From Acaryochloris marina MBIC11017 (lineage in GTDB: Bacteria; Cyanobacteriota; Cyanobacteriia; Thermosynechococcales; Thermosynechococcaceae), in contig NC_009925.1 of the NCBI RefSeq assembly GCF_000018105.1, positions 150,001 to 182,000 of the forward strand: a stretch of DNA of 32,000 nt, read 5' to 3'. The translations under genes and the position numbers were made by a program. Below the pieces are notes generated by a model. That model did no database searches, was not told the DNA's origin, and worked only from the letters and a program-made list of their open reading frames with translations. Of the stretch, positions 17,101 to 24,800 are shown in pieces; within the stretch, counting starts at the first letter, position 1; every line of letters begins with the position of its first letter.

Positions 17101-17778
17101 GGTTCCTCAGATCATCGAGTTAGGATTTGGAAAGCGGACACTCAGCGATGTCTACAACTTTTGGAAGGGCATGAAGGTTGGGTGTTTCAGGTTGCCTGGA
17201 GTCCCAATGGTCAAAGTTTGGCGAGCTGTGGTGTAGATGGAACAGCAAACGTCTGGAACATAAAAACAGGAGACTGTCTGCAAACGTTTCATGAAGACAA
17301 TTGGATTTGGTCTGTGGTCTGGAGTCCTGATCACCGATTTCTGGCCTACAGTACAGCCGATGGGAACATTAAATTCTGGGACACCAAAACGTGGAAACTA
17401 CTGCAGACTCTGACGGGCCATACGGCTCAAGTCACCCGGATCGACTTTAGTCCCTCTGGCAGGCGACTAGCCAGTGGAAGTTACGACCTTACGATCAAAA
17501 TTTGGGATGTTGAGACAGGCAACTGTCAACAGACTTTAACGGGGCATACTCAAATTATTACCAATCTCGTCTTTAATCCTGTTGAAACGGACAATAGCTG
17601 CCTGTTGGCCAGTGCGAGTGAGGATGAAACCCTAAGGATTTGGAATATCCTTTCAGGTGAATGTCAGCATGTTCTTAGACCAGAAGGCCCCTATGAAGGA
17701 ATGAACGTTGCTGACACTTCAGGGTTAACCCCAGCTCAAATCAAGTCTCTACAATCTTTGGGTGCTGTGACGGGTTAA
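14176..17778 (+). CDS. STAND NTPase: N-terminal LuxR/sigma70-r4-like HTH, NB-ARC-type P-loop ATPase, 14 WD40 repeats
   Basis: HTH-like segment GYAEIAEEAGYDTDYIKSVAAQLWKSI. Conserved pre-ATPase box VDWGEAPDVSKFYGRNEEL. Walker A GMGGMGKTSL and Walker B LIIFDNLES. LLLTSREKP and GGSPLALKI correspond to the NB-ARC RNBS-B and GLPL motifs. A short pentapeptide-like segment follows (LDLTGYDFSQLPIWQANLRDMSLPQVNFKGANF). I counted 14 WD units, enough for two 7-bladed propellers, and a C-terminal tail PYEGMNVADTSGLTPAQIKSLQSLGA. The only in-frame start upstream of the HTH is TTG 14176. Confidence 0.9.
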   Translation: MIAVDALAVLEKTLPPGTLNQVKTLVFKQAWDGKGYAEIAEEAGYDTDYIKSVAAQLWKSISSELGEKVTKTNFRSLLIQRLDKSDVSEDSLVQPPIAEDSTPLPSGIANEKAPVVDWGEAPDVSKFYGRNEELAQISTCNLTEGCRLVAVLGMGGMGKTSLIAKLAQQVQHHYDFVIWRSLRNAPTADEVIAELIPFLSEQQSDQCSTRQLVQCLRASKCLIIFDNLESILQAGQVGYYRPGYEEYGNLLRVVGETAHQSCLLLTSREKPPEVAELEGLDLAVRSFSLRGSSEVATALLNAKGIEGSPEQQQQLSHHYGGSPLALKIIASSIQDLFEGNLEDFLAQETVAFNGIRRLLDQQFKRLSPLEKVILNWLAINREWTSIAELQRDIVPTVSMASLLESLEALTWRNLIEKNVSRQGQSGQYTLQPVVMEYVTNDLVQQVYQDLMEDTDSQGVQRQGLTSSQSYFHTHALLKTTVKDYIQDSQKRLILEPLAQLLRNTFFSAPMLAQWVQSVLNQLHTSPVTGYGPGNLINLCRQLKLDLTGYDFSQLPIWQANLRDMSLPQVNFKGANFQQTLFTQSLSGILNIAYSPKGDFLATIDATGSVRLWQVADGQLHMSFEDHSYWGWALAFSPDGQQLASGGEDNMVRVWDVTTGQCINSLELKCNVVWTVAFSPNGQTLAIGTSDTDILLWDLERNQLPEVLQGHTSDVRSLQFSPDGQQLVSASHDHTLKIWNLQSGKCQQTCVGHSEWVLSVAYSIDGQTLASGSADRTVRLWDVKTGQCRQTLSGHDLMVTAIAFSPDGQHIASASEDRTVRVWDVRGQHLKTLVGHLHWVWSVAFSPDGQMLASGGSDQTVRFWHVQTGRPLKTLAGYIDYSYALAWLPDGQALLSGSSNHTIRTWEQGRCRQTWKAHENWVWSVSCRPDGQVLASGSNAVKLWDMETNACIATLQEDEGFVFCLAWSPNGRYFATGSSDHRVRIWKADTQRCLQLLEGHEGWVFQVAWSPNGQSLASCGVDGTANVWNIKTGDCLQTFHEDNWIWSVVWSPDHRFLAYSTADGNIKFWDTKTWKLLQTLTGHTAQVTRIDFSPSGRRLASGSYDLTIKIWDVETGNCQQTLTGHTQIITNLVFNPVETDNSCLLASASEDETLRIWNILSGECQHVLRPEGPYEGMNVADTSGLTPAQIKSLQSLGAVTG

Positions 17779-17845
17779 CTGAAAAGGTTTATTCATCTAT
17801 GGTTCTCACTAACAAAACCATCGCAAGTCTTTATAGTGCGAAAGT

Positions 17846-18802
17846 TTAGGATGTTCCTTGATCTGGTTTTGAAAGATTATTCGGGTCCGCTCGCCAAAAA
17901 ATAACAAAGGTGGCTTTACTGAGCTTCTTAACAGATTTCACCAGGCTGACATAGTAAGTTTTATCGTCAACTTTGAACTCATATACTGGCCCCCCTCCGT
18001 ATTCACCAATTTTTTTAGGTTGAGAAGCAGATTTGAAGGCTGGAATGGTTGGGAAAGAGGCTAAGACTTCATCAGGTTCTTTAAGACGATAGTAACGAGG
18101 ACTATTGATAATCGCTCCTAAAGCCGCTAATTTTGGATTTTTGAAATCAAACGCTTTTATGCTTTCTGGCGTAAAAAACTTTTCGGGTTCAGGAAACTCT
18201 TCAGGACCGGGAATGTAATCAAAATCTGATTCAACCTCAGAATTAATTAATGCTTGGTCTAACTCGCCAAAAATGGTTTCCACCTCTTCACTTTCAATCG
18301 GAGGAGCAGGAGGAGTATCGGTTTCCTGATTTTTAGCATTAAGATCAGAATCATTCTTGGGCTCCGAGTCAGAAGATTGAGATTCTGAGTCTTTAGGATC
18401 TTGCTTCTCAGTTGTTTGATCCTTAGAACCAGGCTTTTGTTCTGGCTTGAGCCTTTCTATTTCTGGGGGTTTAGGTGAATCGGGTAACACAGGTAGCGGG
18501 CGAGGTGTCACCGGTGCTCTCTGAATCCTTGGCTTGGGCTTAGGCTTAGGCTTGGGTTTCGATTTAACTTTTGTCCGCTTCAACGATACCGTTTTTGTGA
18601 TGGGTATATCTTTAATTTTAGGTTGTTCTACTTTAGTTTCTAAGGAAACAGGCGTGGCCAGTATGGCGCCATGAACCATTGCAGAGATCAGCACCAGAGG
18701 ATGTTTGAATAACCACCAAAGGAAAAAACGTTTGGGGGGTTTGGGTGCCTCCGGGATATATGTCTTTGGAGGGGTTGGAGGTGGTTTAATCTGCGTAGTC
18801 AT
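17846..18802 (-). CDS. TonB-like energy-transducer protein with a non-canonical C-terminal domain
   Basis: The N-terminal TM anchor LVLISAMVHGAILA carries the TonB SxxxH motif (E. coli has LLSVCIHGAVV). A Pro/Lys-rich rigid spacer includes KPKPKPKPKPKP. The gene lies in the same strand run as exbB-exbD-exbD. I do not recognise the last ~130 aa as a TonB C-terminal domain. The start is ATG 18802 (MTTQIKPPP); the track start 18880 would abut the pstS terminator. Confidence 0.65.
   Translation of the reverse strand: MTTQIKPPPTPPKTYIPEAPKPPKRFFLWWLFKHPLVLISAMVHGAILATPVSLETKVEQPKIKDIPITKTVSLKRTKVKSKPKPKPKPKPRIQRAPVTPRPLPVLPDSPKPPEIERLKPEQKPGSKDQTTEKQDPKDSESQSSDSEPKNDSDLNAKNQETDTPPAPPIESEEVETIFGELDQALINSEVESDFDYIPGPEEFPEPEKFFTPESIKAFDFKNPKLAALGAIINSPRYYRLKEPDEVLASFPTIPAFKSASQPKKIGEYGGGPVYEFKVDDKTYYVSLVKSVKKLSKATFVIFWRADPNNLSKPDQGTS
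18531..18560 (-). repeat. Hexanucleotide tandem repeat encoding the (KP)n tract
   Basis: ggcttg ggctta ggctta ggcttg ggtttc: five tandem 6-nt units inside the TonB-like CDS. Confidence 0.8.
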
Positions 18803-18883
18803 GGACAATCGGTGGTCAATGAAAAGGAATTGAATGCTGCCTTTTGGAATGAAAAGGTTTGGAAGAACACTTAAAATCAACTT

Positions 18884-18931
18884 TTCAAAAAAGAAGTTCC
18901 TGAGGAAGAACTCGTGAACTTCCTCAGGAAC
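18884..18931 (-). terminator. Rho-independent terminator after pstS
   Basis: The minus-strand RNA is GUUCCUGAGGAAG-(10 nt loop)-CUUCCUCAGGAAC, a perfect 13-bp stem, followed by UUCUUUUUUG. It lies 40 nt past the pstS stop. Confidence 0.8.
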
Positions 18932-18970
18932 AATCAGCAGAGTGTGAGAAAACCAAAGTTAGCTTGTTGT

Positions 18971-19963
18971 CTATTTGGATTTGAGCACTTCAGAGACCTT
19001 TAGGCCATCTGTATCTCTACCCGCAAAGAAGCTGCCAGTCTTGCCTTCGCGGAAATTTTTAGCCGCTTGCTGATAAGCCGGAGCAGGTAAAGGGATATAG
19101 CCGACTTCAGCAGAAAACTCAGCAGCTTTTCTGAGGTAGTAGTTCACAAACTGGCGAACTTCAGGACGCTTGGCGGCCTTCTTATTGACATAAATAAAGA
19201 TAGGGCGAGACAGAGGCGTGTAGGTGCCATTCTCCACTGCTTCACGGGAGGGGAGGACGGGTCCATTACCATTGTCAATCGCCACTGCATTCAGGCGATC
19301 TTTATTTTGCTCATAGTAGGCAAATCCAAAATATCCAATTCCATTGGGCTCACGGGAAACGCCTTGAACCAAAATATTGTCATCTTCGCTGGCGGTTATA
19401 TCTTTGCGATGATTTTTCTTGGCAATGGTGCCATTGAAGTAGTCAAAAGTACCCGAATCAGAACCTGGGGCATAAAAGCTGATTTTATCAGCGGGCCAGC
19501 TGGAATTGACTTCTTTCCATGTAGTAACAGAACCCTCTGGGTTTTCTGACCACATCTTCTTGAGTTCAGCAACGGTCATACTCTTGATGGGATTGCCTTT
19601 GTTGACCACAACGGTTAAAGCATCAAAAGCAACAGGGATTTCGATATACTCAACCCCTTCACAAAGCTTTTGTTCTTTCTCTTTAATGGGTCGAGATGCG
19701 TCAGAAATATCTGTTTCACCTGCACAAAACTTCTTAAAACCGCCACCGGTTCCAGACACACCGACTGTGACGTTAACCTTGTTATTTGTTAACTTTTGAA
19801 ATTCCTCAGCAACGGCTTCACTGATTGGAAATACGGTACTGGAACCGTCAATTTTTATCTTTTTAGTTTGGGCATCGGCAGAAGTGGCCGAGAAAGCAGT
19901 TGTGCTGACGGCGACCGCTAGCGAAACAACCGCACCTGTCAGGGTCGAACGATTCAGCTGCAT
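18971..19963 (-). CDS. pstS: Phosphate ABC transporter substrate-binding protein PstS (orphan copy inside the exbBD/tonB-like cluster)
   Basis: Signal peptide ...AFSATSADAQT, then KIDGSSTVFPISEAVAEEF, GSDSGTFDYF and GYFGFAYY, which are PstS-family hallmarks. It is roughly half identical by eye to the pstS at 31250. The start is ATG 19963 with GGAG 7 nt upstream; the track start 19984 is TTG. Confidence 0.85.
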   Translation of the reverse strand: MQLNRSTLTGAVVSLAVAVSTTAFSATSADAQTKKIKIDGSSTVFPISEAVAEEFQKLTNNKVNVTVGVSGTGGGFKKFCAGETDISDASRPIKEKEQKLCEGVEYIEIPVAFDALTVVVNKGNPIKSMTVAELKKMWSENPEGSVTTWKEVNSSWPADKISFYAPGSDSGTFDYFNGTIAKKNHRKDITASEDDNILVQGVSREPNGIGYFGFAYYEQNKDRLNAVAIDNGNGPVLPSREAVENGTYTPLSRPIFIYVNKKAAKRPEVRQFVNYYLRKAAEFSAEVGYIPLPAPAYQQAAKNFREGKTGSFFAGRDTDGLKVSEVLKSK

Positions 19964-20007
19964 ACCTTTCTCCATAATTAACAATCGATACGTAATTTAG
20001 AAAAAAT

Positions 20008-20056
20008 GACTTAAAGCCAAAGCAAGAATACCTAAGCAAGATTAAGGTCAGTTAAT
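20008..20056 (-). promoter_or_regulatory. Candidate Pho box array upstream of the orphan pstS
   Basis: In minus sense: ATTAACTG ac CTTAATCT tg CTTAGGTA tt CTTGCTTT gg CTTTAAGT. These are five 8-mers phased every 10 bp. CTTAATCT fits PyTTAAPyPy(T/A) exactly, and an isolated exact CTTAACCT lies at 20094-20101. The array ends about 45 nt upstream of the ATG. The spacing is 10 bp, not the canonical 11. Confidence 0.4.
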
Positions 20057-20140
20057 GGAAAATGCTGATTTGGTTTATGGGAATGTTATTGCCAGGTTAA
20101 GTTTGTCGCCCAGAGAAAAATATCTAAATCTTCAATTTTT

Positions 20141-20566
20141 CTATTTGTCCTGCAGGAGAAGTGATATACGATCGCCCCCCATTTTTCCCATTTTTTTGAG
20201 CAGTGCAGAAACCTTTGAGTAGGGTAGTTTCCGGTCGGCACTCAAAATGATTCTTCCTTGCGGGTTTTTGTCAATATAAGTAGAGATACGATTTGCAAGT
20301 TTGCCAGAATTGACAGGCTCATTATCTAAAATGATTTCCTCCTTCAATGTCAGCCCTACAACCAGCGGATTGGCCTGCTGCGGCAGCTTATTATTATCTA
20401 TTGAGGCAGTATTTGAAGTTGGCAAGGTCACTTGCAAAACCTGTTGCCCCGTTAAGGTCATGGAAATGATGATAAAAAACGTCAGCACAGACATTAATAC
20501 ATCCATCAAAGGCACCAAATTCACCTCTGGGATTTGAGAACCAGTTTTGCGAGATCGAAAACGCAT
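20141..20566 (-). CDS. exbD: Biopolymer transport protein ExbD/TolR (copy 2)
   Basis: IPEVNLVPLMDVLMSVLTFFII is the typical ExbD N-terminal TM motif, and the size (~141 aa) fits. ATG 20566 (MRFRSRK) is preferred over the TTG at 20578. Confidence 0.85.
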   Translation of the reverse strand: MRFRSRKTGSQIPEVNLVPLMDVLMSVLTFFIIISMTLTGQQVLQVTLPTSNTASIDNNKLPQQANPLVVGLTLKEEIILDNEPVNSGKLANRISTYIDKNPQGRIILSADRKLPYSKVSALLKKMGKMGGDRISLLLQDK

Positions 20567-20570
20567 AAAT

Positions 20571-20981
20571 TTATTCAATAATTAAAGACACGCGCTCACC
20601 CCCGGCAGCTCGCATCAGATCGAGTTTGTGCATCATCTTTTCGTAAGTCAATTTGGGGTTTGGCTTCAAAAACACATTGCCCTTGGGATTATCCAGCAAA
20701 TACTGGCGGACCTTGGCCTGTAGCTCTTTATCAGAGATGGACTGCTTGTCCCGGGATGCCTGACCTTGGTTATCTAGATCCACCACAAATTGATTTTTAA
20801 GATCCGAGAGTTTGATCTCCTGTTGCCCACCTGCTTCTTGAGGAAGTTGAACCTCTAAGCTTTTTTGCTTGCTCAAGGTCATGGTGATCATCACAAAAAA
20901 AGCCAAGATTCCCATCATCACGTTGAGCATGGGAATCAAGTTAATTTCGGGAATCGTCGATTCTTGTTGAGCAAATTTCAT
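20571..20981 (-). CDS. exbD: Biopolymer transport protein ExbD/TolR (copy 1)
   Basis: IPEINLIPMLNVMMGILAFFVM motif, 136 aa, directly downstream of exbB. Confidence 0.85.
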   Translation of the reverse strand: MKFAQQESTIPEINLIPMLNVMMGILAFFVMITMTLSKQKSLEVQLPQEAGGQQEIKLSDLKNQFVVDLDNQGQASRDKQSISDKELQAKVRQYLLDNPKGNVFLKPNPKLTYEKMMHKLDLMRAAGGERVSLIIE

Positions 20982-21020
20982 AGATTTGAATGCAAAGTAC
21001 CAAGGGCAGCAGCAATACCT

Positions 21021-21728
21021 TTACAGAGTTTCTAAAGTAACCTGGGTAGGTTCAACTGAACTGCCTTTTGGCAAATAGGCAGGACGGTTGACCTGGTTGG
21101 GTTCGTACCAGACCTGTCGATAAATCAATTCCATTTCGCTTCCCACTTCGGAGAATGTATCGACTTGGCGGGCCTGCAAAATCACAAAAATGCGTAGAAC
21201 AATCAGGGCCAAAATGGCAACGACCATCCCCGCTGCTGTGGTTAAGAGGGCTTCACCAATCCCTGCAGCCGCTTTGGTTGCCTGTTCAGAGGTGCCCCCA
21301 CTGCCAATGTTGAGATTATTAAAAGTATTGATCAGGCCAGTTACTGTTCCCAAAAGACCCATCAGGGGGGCAACCGCCACAGTTGTTTCCAGTAGCTTAT
21401 CGCCCTTGCGCATTCTGACAAATTCTTTATCTGCCGCCGCTTCCAGGGCTAAGCGGAAGGTCTCTGGCGAGGGTTGATGCAAGCGCAGCGGTGCTAACAG
21501 GAATCGGCCAATGGGCAAAAACCGAGCATGCTGAGCAATGGCTTCCGCTTCCTCTAAGCTGCAGCGAGCTGCATCCAAGACATCATGAACAATACGATGT
21601 TCTTGACTGATCAAACGGATCCAGAAAATGGTTCGTTCGAAGGCACACGCTAAAGTCAGTACAGATAATCCCGCAATGGGAATCATGACTGGGCCACCCT
21701 TGGCCAGGAAAGTATAGATTGTGGACAC
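21021..21728 (-). CDS. exbB: MotA/TolQ/ExbB proton-channel protein
   Basis: Three TM helices and the motif APLMGLLGTVTGLINTF. The GTG start at 21728 has GGAG about 6 nt upstream. Confidence 0.85.
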   Translation of the reverse strand: MSTIYTFLAKGGPVMIPIAGLSVLTLACAFERTIFWIRLISQEHRIVHDVLDAARCSLEEAEAIAQHARFLPIGRFLLAPLRLHQPSPETFRLALEAAADKEFVRMRKGDKLLETTVAVAPLMGLLGTVTGLINTFNNLNIGSGGTSEQATKAAAGIGEALLTTAAGMVVAILALIVLRIFVILQARQVDTFSEVGSEMELIYRQVWYEPNQVNRPAYLPKGSSVEPTQVTLETL

Positions 21729-21813
21729 GGTGTCTCCAGAATTAACCAGGTCTTGTCAGCCTTATGAAGAGAAGACTCACGTCGAATAGGATAACTGAAA
21801 CCCTCTCAACACT

Positions 21814-21867
21814 GGGTTAAGAGAACTGCAGGATCAGGTTAAGCATCCATTAATTCGCCTTAACCTT
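21814..21867 (-). promoter_or_regulatory. Candidate Pho box (SphR/PhoB-type) upstream of exbB
   Basis: In minus sense: GTTAAGGC ga ATTAATGG atg CTTAACCT ...14 nt... CTTAACCC. The TTAA cores are spaced 10, 11 and 22 bp apart. Exact CTTAACCT occurs on the minus strand (21836-21843) and also on the plus strand (21860-21867). The site lies 86-139 nt upstream of the exbB start, in the 147-bp gap after the STAND gene stop. Confidence 0.45.
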
Positions 21868-21875
21868 ATGGGACC

Positions 21876-24800
21876 TTACTCCAGTGTATCCGCCATGAAA
21901 TGCTCACAGGCTCCCAATGCTTTTAAGGAGGCTTTCTGAGCCTTCGTTAATCCCATTGCTCCAGCAATATTCATGCCATCGTAAAGGGGTTTTACTTTGA
22001 GAATTTTTTGGCATGCTCTGGAGTTCATCTGCCAGATCCTCAAGGTCTGGTCCTGGGAGCCACTGGCAATTTGAGGAGGGTCTGCATGAGATAAAGGGGG
22101 CAGAAAAGCTAAGGATCTCACCTCATTCTCATGGCCTTCAAACATCCCAATACAGTCCCCCGTCTCCAGTTCCCAAAGCTTAATGGTTTGGTCAAGGCTA
22201 CCACTGGCTAACGTTTTACCTTCAGGACTAAAGGCAACGGTATAAATGCCGTTGGTATGCCCCGTTAAGGTTTGCAGGCATTGTCCAGTTTGTACATCCC
22301 AGATTTTGATGGTGTGGTCAAAGCTGCCACTGACCACTAACTGGCCATCGGGACTAAAGGCGACTGAAAATACCCGATCCTTATGGCCCTTTAAAGTATG
22401 GATGTTCTCTCCAGTTTGAAGATCCCATAGCCTGATGGTCCGGTCTCCACTACCACTGGCAATGTACTGGCTATTGGGGCTAACCGCGACGGACCAAATC
22501 CAGGTCTGATGGCCCATTAAGGTCATGGTGCAGGCTTCTGAATTAAGGCTCCATACTTTAATGACATGGTCACTGGCTCCCGATACCAGCCAGTTGCCAT
22601 CAGGACTATAGGCCAAACCATAGATCCAACCCCGATGTCCGGTCAAGGCACTAATACATTGGCCACTGTGATAATGCCACAGCTTAATGGCATAGTCGCC
22701 GCCACCGCTGGCGAGGATCTCACCGTTGGGGCTAAAGGCTAAGGAGTAGATAGGTTGATGATGCCCCTTTAGGGATCGCAACAACGATCCCTCTTTCCGA
22801 TCCCACAGACGAATACTTTGGTCGAAACTTCCGCTGGCGATGGTTTGTCCATCAGGACTGCAAGCAACAGCGAAAATCCGATTGGTATACCCCGTTAGCA
22901 CTTTCAGGCAGTTGCCAGTGTCAACATCCCAGAGCCGCACAGTTTGATCCAAACTGCCACTGACGACCAAATGTTCATTGGGGTGAAAGGCGATGGCAAA
23001 AATTCCATGATGGTGTCCCGTAAGGGTGTGGAGACAGTGCCCCTGGTTAACATCCCACAATTTAATCGTTTGATCACCGCTACCACTCACTAAGCTACTG
23101 CCGTCAGGGCTAAAGGCCAAGGAATTCACCCAGTTGCGATGGCCCCGAAGGGTTTGTAATAGCTCTCCGCTATCGCCATCCCAGAGCTTAATCGTGCTGT
23201 CTGTACTACAGCTGGCTAGACGCTGGGTTTGGGGGCAAAATGCCACGGACATAATCCAGTTGTTATGTCCGTGCAAAGTATGCTGACAGGTCCCCTCATC
23301 AACGTCCCAAAGCTTGATGGTTTTATCTGAACTCCCACTGGCGATTCTTGAGTTATCAGGGCTAAAGGCCACGGTAAAAATAGCTTGTTGATGACCCGCT
23401 AGAGTCTGTAGGCAAGTGTAGTCATTAACCTCCCAAATTTTGAGAGTGGTGTCCCTACTGCCAGAAGCCAGCAGTTGCCCATCTGGGCTAAAGGCCACTG
23501 CACAGACTTCAGAGTCATGACCGTGGAAGGTGTAAAGACAGTTACCCGCTTCTGCATTCCAAAGCTTTAAGGTATGGTCGGCGCTTGCACTGGCCAAAGT
23601 TTGATTGTCAGGGCTGAACGAAACGGAAAGGACGGCATTTTGGTGCTCATGGCCCACCCACAGTTGCTGATAGGTATGGGCGCACCAGACTCTGACTTTG
23701 CAATCCTGATCTGCGATCGCAAGATATCGACCATCGGGACTAAAAGCCACTGCTTTCACTTCATCCAGAATTTCTGAGAAGGTAGAATCGAAAAATTTAA
23801 CATTGGCAAAGTTCGTACTGTGCAGCACCATCCCCTGCAAATCTGCTTGGCGAATCGTCATTTCCGAGAAATCACGACCACTCATATCCACCTTCATCAC
23901 CTTAGCCAGGTGAAGAAGATTGCTACAGAAATATCCTTTTTCCAGGTGAACTTGCTCCTGGAGTTGAGGGATTAAGGCAAATATATGTTCAATAATCGCC
24001 TCTGGTGTACCAAATGTAGCTAACAAGCGATCGACAATGGGCTGCACAATCAAACATCTTTGAGTTTCAACAACAGAAACGGGGGCTTGAGCTTTGACCA
24101 ATGGGTATTGGGCTAACCAGTTGATCTGATGCTGTTGGATCGAGGTAGAAACCTCTTGGATCAGCTGGACGGTCATGTACTCCATGACAACGGGCTGCAA
24201 GGTGAAAAAATGATCAGATTTCTCGATTAAGGATCGATTTTGGAGGGCTGCGACCGTTTGCAATAGTTCTCCCAAGGCAGTCGGTGACAGGATATCCGCC
24301 TGAATATCTTGATAGGAAACAGGTTCTCGATGGATGGCCAGCCAATATAACACCTCTGCCTCATGGGCACTGAGTCGTTGAAATTGCTGACTTAGTAAAT
24401 CCTGAATGTCATCAAAAATAAAAGGTTCTTGTTGGAGAAAGCTCAGAAAGTGACTGAGATTGGAGTCAAAAACGTCCCGAATAAAAGTGGCCACAATTTT
24501 TAGCGCCAAGGGATTACCGGTATAGCGCTCAATTAAGGTTGACCAGTCTTCCTCACCGCCTCTATAGGTGCCTATAGCGCTAAAAATTTCACGACCCGCT
24601 TGAGTGGATAGTCCTTGAATTTGATGGCAGCGAACCGGTAATTTGTCTCCTTCTAGTCCATTTAAACCCTGGGGTTTCTCTCTAGACGTCAGAAGTAGAC
24701 AGCTTTGGTGATAGGTTTCTCCGACAATTTTGAATAATTGCCCATATCCTTCATACCCAGCTCGATAAACACCAGCCCGATTGCAGTCTTCTAAAATCGA

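Noticed and set aside
17779-17845. Hairpin atggtt-N11-aaccat between the convergent STAND A and tonB-like genes, as a terminator
   Set aside because: The stem is only 6 bp with a large loop and no clear U tract, which is too weak to call.
20141-21728. Interpreting exbB/exbD/exbD as a MotAB-like antiphage module (Zorya-type) because STAND proteins flank it
   Set aside because: ZorA-like proteins are much larger, with long tails. These are standard-size ExbB (235 aa) and ExbD (136-141 aa) with canonical motifs, and a TonB-like partner is present.
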